Positions 7,950 to 14,660 of a DNA stretch of 14,660 bases are shown one piece after another. The notes beneath the pieces were generated by a model. That model searched no databases, was not told the DNA's origin, and saw only the letters and a list, made by a program, of their open reading frames with translations. Every line of letters begins with the position of its first letter. Position 1 is the stretch's first letter. The position numbers were made by a program, and so were the translations under genes. The stretch comes from Aquificaceae bacterium (GTDB taxonomy: Bacteria; Aquificota; Aquificia; Aquificales; Aquificaceae). The DNA lies in the NCBI GenBank assembly GCA_037924335.1, contig JAXSMZ010000031.1, positions 1 through 14,660 on the forward strand. Reading direction: 5' to 3'.

Positions 7950-9616
7950 GGATACTCTTTTTCTGCCATCGTTTTAACTCCCTTTCCCAAAGGCTATACT
8001 GCGAGCTTTTAGAAAGGGGGCATGAAGTCTCTATAGAGCTGGATGTACACCCAGACCTTATGGTGGAGGCTGCCATGCTCTACAAACCAGACCTTATACT
8101 TGCACCTTTTTTGAAAAGGAAGATACCAAAGGAGGTATGGGAAAGTTTTCTAACTTTGATAGTCCATCCTGGTCCACCAGGAGACAGGGGACCTTCTGCC
8201 CTTGATTGGGCACTGCTAAAGGGAGAGAAAAGCTGGGGAGTTAGCCTTATAGAGGCGAGCGAAGAGTACGATGCGGGAGACATATTCTCTTACAGAACAT
8301 TTCCTATAAGGTTTACAAGGAAATCAAGCCTTTACAGAAATGAGATAACGGAGAATGCGGCACAGTCAGCGTTAGAGGTTTTGGAGAGGTTAGAGGATGG
8401 AAAAGTTGAGAGGGAGAAGCAAAGGGAAAGCGTATGGAATCCATACATGACACAAGACCACAGAAAAATAGAATGGGAAAGGGACACTACCCAAGATGTG
8501 CTCAGGAAAGTTTATGCCTCAGATAGCCAGCCAGGTACTCTGTGTAGCATAAAGGGTGAGGAAGTTCTCCTTTTCAACGCTTACCCAGAGGACTACCTTA
8601 GGGGAAAGCCCGGTGAGCTATTAGCTACTAGGGATGAAGCAGTGTGCATAGCCACTCAGGATGGTGCCGTATGGATAACGCATATGAGAAAAGCTGAGAA
8701 GGGTTCCATAAAGCTTCCTTCTGCAAGGGTTATACACCATCTTTTGAAGGGTGTAAGGGAAGAACCGCTGAAGCCTTGGGAGATAGTGGATTTTAGAACC
8801 TACAGGGAGATAGTGTACGAAGAAGAAAAAGAGATCGGATACATAAGCTTTAACTTTTATAACGGTGCCATGTCAACGGAGCAATGCCAAAGGCTCTTGG
8901 AAGTCATCAAGTACACAAAGAAGAGACCTATAAAAGCCATAGTATTACTCGGGCAGGAGGACTTTTTCTCCAACGGCATGAACCTAAACACAATAGAGAG
9001 TTCAGAGAGCCCAGCCGACGAGTCATGGAAGAACATAAACGCCATAGACGATATCTGCGAGGAGATATTAAAAACTGAGGACAAAATAACGGTTGCAGGA
9101 ATGCAAGGAAACGCTGGAGCTGGTGGCTTCTTCTTAGCTTTAACATGCGACTTTGTTTTTGCGAGGGATGGGTCTGTTTTTAATCCTCATTACAAAAACA
9201 TAGGGAATCTCTACGGGTCTGAGTTTTGGACTTATACTCTGCCCAAGAGGGTTGGATGGGAAAAAGGAAGGGAGATCATGGAAAATAGAATGCCCATAAG
9301 CTCTAGGATAGCCCATAGGTACGGTCTGATAGATGGGGTTTTCGGTAAGACTCCTCAAGAGTTCAGGGAAGGGCTGAAAAATTGGATAAAGGAATTTACA
9401 TGTTCGATGGCTTGGGAAAAGCTTATAAAGGAAAAGAGGGAAAGAAAGGTAGAAAAGCCCATTCACCTTTACAGAGAAGAGGAGCTTGAAAGGATGAAGC
9501 TCAACTTCTACGGATTTGACACAAGCTATCACATAGCAAGGTACTACTTTGTAAAAAGGATATTACCCTTCAGAACACCACCCTATCTGGCTGTTCACAG
9601 AAGACTTAGACCCTAA
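7946..9616 (+). CDS. hypX: Hydrogenase maturation factor HypX/HoxX (formyltransferase plus crotonase domains; supplies the CO ligand)
   Basis: N-terminal FNSLSQRL, HPGPPGDRGPSALDW and EEYDAGDI. C-terminal crotonase fold with FFSNGMNLN, GNAGAGG and NPHYKNIGNLYGSEFWTY. ATGA overlap with hypD. Confidence 0.95.
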   Translation: MRILFFCHRFNSLSQRLYCELLERGHEVSIELDVHPDLMVEAAMLYKPDLILAPFLKRKIPKEVWESFLTLIVHPGPPGDRGPSALDWALLKGEKSWGVSLIEASEEYDAGDIFSYRTFPIRFTRKSSLYRNEITENAAQSALEVLERLEDGKVEREKQRESVWNPYMTQDHRKIEWERDTTQDVLRKVYASDSQPGTLCSIKGEEVLLFNAYPEDYLRGKPGELLATRDEAVCIATQDGAVWITHMRKAEKGSIKLPSARVIHHLLKGVREEPLKPWEIVDFRTYREIVYEEEKEIGYISFNFYNGAMSTEQCQRLLEVIKYTKKRPIKAIVLLGQEDFFSNGMNLNTIESSESPADESWKNINAIDDICEEILKTEDKITVAGMQGNAGAGGFFLALTCDFVFARDGSVFNPHYKNIGNLYGSEFWTYTLPKRVGWEKGREIMENRMPISSRIAHRYGLIDGVFGKTPQEFREGLKNWIKEFTCSMAWEKLIKEKRERKVEKPIHLYREEELERMKLNFYGFDTSYHIARYYFVKRILPFRTPPYLAVHRRLRP

Positions 9617-10199
9617 GAGCTCTCCATATGTTCTCTGTCAGTTCATCCACGTATTCCATAAGGGATTTTTCAAGGACACCTTCGTTGTGTAGAAACACCA
9701 TACCCCCAAGGGGTCCCATTATTGTCGTAAAGGCTGGAAAGAAGCTCTGATTTCTGAACTCCCCACTCTCGACACCATCTGAAAGGAGAACCATTATCTC
9801 AGTCACTACCTCCCCAACGCAAGCAAAACCTTCGCAATCTCTCTTAAACACTTCTCTGTTAACCAAAAAAACTCTCAGGAAGTAATTTATGAGCTCTGGC
9901 TCACTCAAAGCAATGTCAAAGAAGCTTTCTACCAGATGGCGTACCTTCTCTTTAGCAGAAGCTCTCCTTTCGTTTATATGCCTTAACCTTTCTCCTACCC
10001 ATTTGGATACGGTTAGCATTATTTCCTTTGCTAAATCTTCTTTTGATTCAAAATAGTTGTATATGTTACCAACGCTCATACCCAAAGCTTCAGCAATATC
10101 TGGAATTGTTGTGTTATAATACCCTTTCTCTGAAAAAAGTTTACATGCTATCCTGATGATCTCAATCTTTCTCTCTTCTTTTAGAATTCTTCTCTGCAT
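9606..10199 (-). CDS. TetR/AcrR family transcriptional regulator
   Basis: N-terminal HTH ACKLFSEKGYYNTTIPDIAEALGMSVGNIYNYFESKEDL. The C-terminal domain contains CEGFAC. ATG at 10199; an alternative TTG lies at 10202. Confidence 0.95.
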   Translation of the reverse strand: MQRRILKEERKIEIIRIACKLFSEKGYYNTTIPDIAEALGMSVGNIYNYFESKEDLAKEIMLTVSKWVGERLRHINERRASAKEKVRHLVESFFDIALSEPELINYFLRVFLVNREVFKRDCEGFACVGEVVTEIMVLLSDGVESGEFRNQSFFPAFTTIMGPLGGMVFLHNEGVLEKSLMEYVDELTENIWRALRV

Positions 10200-10207
10200 C
10201 AAGAGAT

Positions 10208-10236
10208 ATTTTGATATGCTTAGCCCCTTTTGTCAA
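10208..10236 (-). promoter_or_regulatory. Putative sigma70 promoter of the TetR gene
   Basis: Consensus TTGACA (10236-10231), 17 nt spacer, CAAAAT (10213-10208), ending 8 nt before the ATG. Confidence 0.6.
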
Positions 10237-10267
10237 TATGTGGGAGCTTTATACTTAATCGTATGAG

Positions 10268-11608
10268 TTAAGTTATGTCCTCTATAGACTTTCCCTTTGC
10301 TTCTACTCCTTTTATAGACCATAGGAGAAAGGACAGAAAGCCCAATAACCAGAAGAAGGCTACGCCAAGGAGGCTGTACCTGTAGTCTATGTGGGATAAG
10401 CTTACAAGCACATAGGGAGATAAAAAGCCAAAAGCCCTACCCACAATGGATATAAGTCCTATAGCGTACGCTCTTATGTAAGAAGGGTATATTTCCATCG
10501 CCGATACATAAGCTACTGACGCAAAGGAAAAGGCCACAAAAGAGTAAAGAAGGTAAAGAAATTTGAAAGAATATCCTGGGATGAAGGATAGGGTAAATAA
10601 AAGGGATAAAAGGCTGACCAATAAACCAGTTGCCTTGCGTCCCATTATATCGCTCATAAAGGCTACCAGAGTGCCACCCAAAAGCCCGCCCAAACTACCC
10701 CAAAGGAGTATTTGGGGTACATCCTCAGAGTTAAAACCATAAACTTTTGGAAAAACCACGGGTATTAAGGTTATCATGGAGTAATAGGTGCTAAGAATAG
10801 TGATGCTCATAGAAGCACTAAACAAAAATCTCCATCTGTACTTGGAGAATATTATTCCTGTGGCATTTACTATGCTACCCTGAAATACAGGGACTTGACA
10901 CTCTTTATGGCTAAACCTACCACCCGCTTTTCTCTCTAATTCTTCAACTATCTTTTGAGCCTTCTCCCGTTGACCTTTTGATAACAGCCATCTTGGTGAC
11001 TCTGGCACGTAAACCCTTACCACTAAGGTAAGAATTGCCAGAATGCCACCGATGAGAAAGGCAAACCTCCAAGCTTTTTCTTGCTCTGTAAGAGTCAAAA
11101 GAGCAATGGCTGCTAGGGAAGCTAAAACGCTCCCCAGATTCCACAGGGCTGATATAAGTCCATCCACCTTCCCCCTATGCCTTGATGGTATAAACTCATC
11201 TATGGCAGAGTGGATAGCTGCAAATTCACCACCTATGCCTGCACCAGCTACAACCCTAAGGAAAAAGGCGAGCTCAAAGCTGTTAGAAAAACCCGTGAAA
11301 AATGTGCCAAGGGAGTAAAGGAGAAGGGTTAAGATGAATAGCTTTTTTCTTCCGTACTTGTCCGCAAGATAGCCAAATAGGAAAGAGCCAAGTAAAGCAC
11401 CAAAAAGAAAACCGCTTACCATTAAAGACCCTTGCTCTGGTGTAAAACTCAAGGATATGGACATAGGCCTTAGAATGGCGCTAACTATCACGATCTCAAA
11501 GGCATCAAGCACCCATGTTATACCCAATGCTATGGAGAATGTTGTATGAAACCTGCTCCAGGGTAAGCTATCGAGCCTGCATGTGATATCCGTTTGCAAA
11601 AGTTTCAT
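10268..11608 (-). CDS. MFS transporter (sugar/aromatic acid/niacin transporter-like); substrate unknown
   Basis: About 12 hydrophobic segments, RLDSLPWSRFH, motif A GYLADKYGRKK, GAGIGGE, PESPRWL and a second SDIMGRK. Confidence 0.93.
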   Translation of the reverse strand: MKLLQTDITCRLDSLPWSRFHTTFSIALGITWVLDAFEIVIVSAILRPMSISLSFTPEQGSLMVSGFLFGALLGSFLFGYLADKYGRKKLFILTLLLYSLGTFFTGFSNSFELAFFLRVVAGAGIGGEFAAIHSAIDEFIPSRHRGKVDGLISALWNLGSVLASLAAIALLTLTEQEKAWRFAFLIGGILAILTLVVRVYVPESPRWLLSKGQREKAQKIVEELERKAGGRFSHKECQVPVFQGSIVNATGIIFSKYRWRFLFSASMSITILSTYYSMITLIPVVFPKVYGFNSEDVPQILLWGSLGGLLGGTLVAFMSDIMGRKATGLLVSLLSLLFTLSFIPGYSFKFLYLLYSFVAFSFASVAYVSAMEIYPSYIRAYAIGLISIVGRAFGFLSPYVLVSLSHIDYRYSLLGVAFFWLLGFLSFLLWSIKGVEAKGKSIEDIT

Positions 11609-11609
11609 G

Positions 11610-11624
11610 TGTTAAAATATATTT
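11610..11624. promoter_or_regulatory. Candidate bidirectional -10 region between MFS and glgP
   Basis: 20-bp intergenic gap. The perfect palindrome AAATATATTT (11615-11624) gives TATATT on both strands. Also an extended -10 TGTTAAAAT (11610-11618) and TTGCAA at 11594-11599. Confidence 0.5.
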
Positions 11625-11628
11625 CTAA

Positions 11629-13287
11629 ATGATAGCTTACTTCGTTATGGAAGTGGGGTTGGAGGAAGGTATTCCCACCTACAGTGGTGGTCTTGGAACT
11701 CTTATAGGTGATACCATACTGACCTTTGCAGACCTTGGAATACCAGCAGTATGTGTGACGCTATTGTACAAAAAAGGCTATGTTTACCAGAGGATAGGAA
11801 AGGATGGAAAACAGCTAGACCTTGAAGATGCGTGGGATTATAAAAGTATACTTACCCCGCTGAACGTTGAGATAGAAGTTCCTGTAGGAGACAGAAGCCA
11901 AAAGCTAATGGTGTGGGAGTACACTGTAAAGGGGAAAAGGGACATAAAGATACTTTTCCTTGATGGTGACATTCCTACCAACAGTCAGAAGGTGAGGAAT
12001 ACTTTCCTTAGGCTTTATCAAGGAGACAAGGAGGATAGGCTTATACAAGAGATACTTCTAGGTATAGGGGGCTACAGGGCTTTAAAAGCTTTGGGATATA
12101 GTATAAACCTATATCATATAAACGAGAGCCACTCTGGATTTTTAGTGTTCGAGCTTCTAAAAGAGTTCAAAGATTTTGATGAGGTAAGAAAGCGTGTTGT
12201 ATTTACAACTCACACATCGCTTCCCGTAGGGCATGAAAGGTTCTCCATAGATACAGTGAAGAGGTATCTTAGGCTCTACGATGGCATAAGCTGGGAGGAT
12301 GAGCTTGTAGACGGTGAGCTCGACCTTTCCCTTTTAAGTGCTAAGTACAGCTCTCTGGTTAATGCCGTTTCTTTAAAGCATAGGTTCGTCACACAGGAGA
12401 GTTATCCCTTCAAGAGGGTGGATTACATAACCAACGGTGTTTATCATAAAAGATGGATATGCCAAGAGATAAAGAGCATCTTTGATGAGTACATACTCGG
12501 ATGGGATGAAAACCCATACCTTCTGAGACAGGCCAATAGTATACCCACTGTGGAGCTTTGGAGAGCTCATACGGAGGTCAAGGAAAGACTCATAAATTTT
12601 ATAAACAAGAACTACGGCGCAAGCTTTGTTTCAGACGTTCTCACCGTTTGCATTGCAAGGAGAATAACTTCATACAAAAGGAATAATCTGATCTTAAAAG
12701 ATACAGACAAGCTGATAAGGATAGCCGAAAGGTTTGGTGGTCTACAGATAGTTTTTGCAGGGAAAGCTCATCCTGCTGATGAGGAAGGAAAGTCCATAGT
12801 AGAGGACATAAACAGAAGGATAAGTTATATAAGGAGTAAAACAAAAAGCTTAGAAGCTGTTTTTGTGGAAAATTATGGGTTAGGCTTAGCCAAGCTTTTG
12901 GTCTCTGGATGTGATGTGTGGCTTAACAATCCCAAAAGGCCTTACGAAGCTTGCGGGACAAGCGGTATGAAGGCTGGCATGAACGGAGTCCTGAACTTTA
13001 GCACATGGGATGGATGGTGGCTGGAGGGTGGAATAGAGGGGGTAAACGGATGGGGAATAGGTAAAAAACCAACATGGGCGGACATGTCAGAATCCAACGA
13101 CGATGAAGACCTGGAAGATATGTACGGAAAGCTGCTCCATATAATAATGCCTATGTACTACAACTACCAGGATGGTTGGATAAGGATGATGAAAAGCAGC
13201 ATAGCAACTATAGCACCATACTTTAACACTTACAGAATGGTGAGCGATTACTTCGTCAAGATTTATTCTGCAGGTTTGAGCCTATGA
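11629..13287 (+). CDS. glgP: Alpha-glucan family phosphorylase (GT35), short form, paralog 1
   Basis: Motifs YSGGLG, QEILLGIGG, HINESH, FTTHT, ITNGV, ARR..YKR, FAGKAHP, the PLP-lysine motif EACGTSGMK and DGWWLEG. Confidence 0.95.
   Translation: MIAYFVMEVGLEEGIPTYSGGLGTLIGDTILTFADLGIPAVCVTLLYKKGYVYQRIGKDGKQLDLEDAWDYKSILTPLNVEIEVPVGDRSQKLMVWEYTVKGKRDIKILFLDGDIPTNSQKVRNTFLRLYQGDKEDRLIQEILLGIGGYRALKALGYSINLYHINESHSGFLVFELLKEFKDFDEVRKRVVFTTHTSLPVGHERFSIDTVKRYLRLYDGISWEDELVDGELDLSLLSAKYSSLVNAVSLKHRFVTQESYPFKRVDYITNGVYHKRWICQEIKSIFDEYILGWDENPYLLRQANSIPTVELWRAHTEVKERLINFINKNYGASFVSDVLTVCIARRITSYKRNNLILKDTDKLIRIAERFGGLQIVFAGKAHPADEEGKSIVEDINRRISYIRSKTKSLEAVFVENYGLGLAKLLVSGCDVWLNNPKRPYEACGTSGMKAGMNGVLNFSTWDGWWLEGGIEGVNGWGIGKKPTWADMSESNDDEDLEDMYGKLLHIIMPMYYNYQDGWIRMMKSSIATIAPYFNTYRMVSDYFVKIYSAGLSL
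12892..12990 (+). repeat. Exact 99-bp direct repeat, copy 1
   Basis: AAGCTTTTGGTCTCTGGA...GGCATGAACGGAGTC is identical to 14562-14660. Confidence 0.95.
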
Positions 13288-14660
13288 TAGCGTACTTTGT
13301 TATGGAAGTAGGTATAGACGATAAGATACCCACTTACAGCGGTGGTCTTGGTGTTCTTGCTGGTGATACTCTTTACTCTTACGCAGACCTAGGTATACCA
13401 GCTGTATGTGTAACTCTTCTCTACAAGAGGGGTTACACATTGCAAAAGATAACGCATCACGGGATGCAGCTTGACTTTGACCATTTTTGGGATTACAAGA
13501 AGATACTAAAACCCTTGAATGTAGAGGTGGATGTTTGGTTTGGGGAAAAGAAACAAAAGGTGAGAGCGTGGGAGTATACTGTACGCGGTAAGTGGGACAT
13601 AAAGGTCCTGTTCTTGGATGCTGACCTTCCAGACAACGACGAAGAGATAAGGAAACTCAACAGTAAGCTTTATCCAGACGATACACTCCAAAGGCTCAGA
13701 CAGGAGATGCTTTTGGGTATAGGTGGATATCGGATTTTGAAAGCTCTTGGCTACAATATAAGCGTATACCATAAAAACGAGAGTCATTCGGCATTTCTAA
13801 TAGTTGAACTTCTTAGGGAGTTTGGAAATAAGGAAAAGGCGAAGAACAGCTGCGTTTTTACAACGCATACTCCCGTGGCAGCAGGGCATGAAAGATTCCC
13901 CATAGATATGGTAAGGGAGGAGCTAAAGATGTATGACCATATGGATTGGGATGAGGAAGATGGTTCTGTAAACCTATCTGCGGTTGCTCTTGAGTATTCA
14001 TGTAAAGTAAATGCAGTATCGTACAAGCACATGTTTGTTTCCAAAAAGATACTAGAGGAGGTTGCAAAATCAAAAGGACCGCATGAAATAGACTATGTTA
14101 CCAACGGAGTGTACCACAGAAGATGGATCCATGATGAGCTAAAAGAGGTTTTCAACGAATACATCCCTGGGTGGGATGAGAACCCCTTGCTTTTGTACCA
14201 AGTTTATCAGATACCATCAGAGGTACTCTTTGAAAAACACTTAAGGGTCAAAAGTGAACTGGTAAATTACATAAACAAAAACACGGGTAGTGGCTTTGCG
14301 GATGACGTTCTGACCATAGGAATAGTCAGAAGGGTAACACCTTACAAGAGAAACGACCTGATACTGAGAGACTTGGAGAGGTTAATATACATAGCCGAGC
14401 ACTTTGGAGATGTTCAACTGGTTTTTGCGGGTAAGGCACATCCCAACGATTTTGGGGGTAAAGACATGATCAGGAACATCATAGAGAAAAAAAGTATTGC
14501 AAAAGAAAGGACAAAAAGGCTAAAGATAGCCTTCTTGGAGGATTACTCCATAGAGTTGGCAAAGCTTTTGGTCTCTGGATGTGATGTGTGGCTTAACAAT
14601 CCCAAAAGGCCTTACGAAGCTTGCGGGACAAGCGGTATGAAGGCTGGCATGAACGGAGTC
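13284..14660 (+). CDS. glgP: Alpha-glucan family phosphorylase (GT35), paralog 2, partial (3' end outside the window)
   Basis: Not in the ORF track because it has no stop in the window. Manual translation is open for 459 codons: MIAYFVMEVGIDDKIPTYSGGLGVLAGD...FTTHTPVAAGHERF...FAGKAHP...EACGTSGMKAGMNGV. ATGA overlap with paralog 1. Confidence 0.95.
   Translation, partial: MIAYFVMEVGIDDKIPTYSGGLGVLAGDTLYSYADLGIPAVCVTLLYKRGYTLQKITHHGMQLDFDHFWDYKKILKPLNVEVDVWFGEKKQKVRAWEYTVRGKWDIKVLFLDADLPDNDEEIRKLNSKLYPDDTLQRLRQEMLLGIGGYRILKALGYNISVYHKNESHSAFLIVELLREFGNKEKAKNSCVFTTHTPVAAGHERFPIDMVREELKMYDHMDWDEEDGSVNLSAVALEYSCKVNAVSYKHMFVSKKILEEVAKSKGPHEIDYVTNGVYHRRWIHDELKEVFNEYIPGWDENPLLLYQVYQIPSEVLFEKHLRVKSELVNYINKNTGSGFADDVLTIGIVRRVTPYKRNDLILRDLERLIYIAEHFGDVQLVFAGKAHPNDFGGKDMIRNIIEKKSIAKERTKRLKIAFLEDYSIELAKLLVSGCDVWLNNPKRPYEACGTSGMKAGMNGV
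14562..14660 (+). repeat. Exact 99-bp direct repeat, copy 2 (runs to the window end)
   Basis: Identical to 12892-12990, offset 1670 bp. Confidence 0.95.

Noticed and set aside
10847..10857. GAATA-T-TATTC, resembling the hypC palindrome
   Set aside because: It has different spacing and lies mid-gene in the MFS coding sequence, so it is likely chance.
113..14073. Other short track ORFs (e.g. 113-382, 588-863, 1668-1994, 5654-5914, 9140-9532, 11043-11318, 13506-13787, 13784-14044)
   Set aside because: They overlap well-supported genes, antisense or out of frame, and show no recognisable motifs.
1..14660. CRISPR arrays, tRNA/rRNA, IS elements, prophage or defence genes, frameshifts, selenocysteine recoding
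   Set aside because: No spaced repeats or recognisable RNA or transposase signatures were seen, all intergenic gaps are under 120 bp, and the main ORFs are intact. SMC is the canonical hinge-containing type with no Wadjet or other defence partners.

Overview
This is a gene-dense chromosomal window from a probable Aquificaceae thermophile (Hydrogenobacter/Thermocrinis-like). That assignment is an inference from gene content, AGG/AGA/ATA codon use and very tight gene packing. Left to right: the 5' end of a probable GT4 glycosyltransferase (-); moaD, a GT9 heptosyltransferase, a CDGSH Fe-S protein and a His/Asp-containing membrane protein (+); archaeal-type smc and FBP aldolase/phosphatase fbp (both -); [NiFe]-hydrogenase maturation genes hypC-hypD-hypX (+); a TetR regulator and an MFS transporter (-); and two tandem short alpha-glucan phosphorylases (+), the second truncated by the window end and missed by the ORF track. 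No RNA genes, CRISPR arrays or mobile elements were seen. Most notable: (1) a candidate hydrogenase-maturation switch, made of a TetR with a C-x4-C motif and a 16-bp palindrome at the predicted hypC start site; (2) one palindromic -35 hexamer apparently shared by the divergent fbp-smc and hypCDX promoters; (3) the CDGSH plus membrane-protein pair; (4) coupled phosphorylase paralogs that share an exact 99-bp tract ending at the window edge; (5) tiny bidirectional, probably leaderless promoters.
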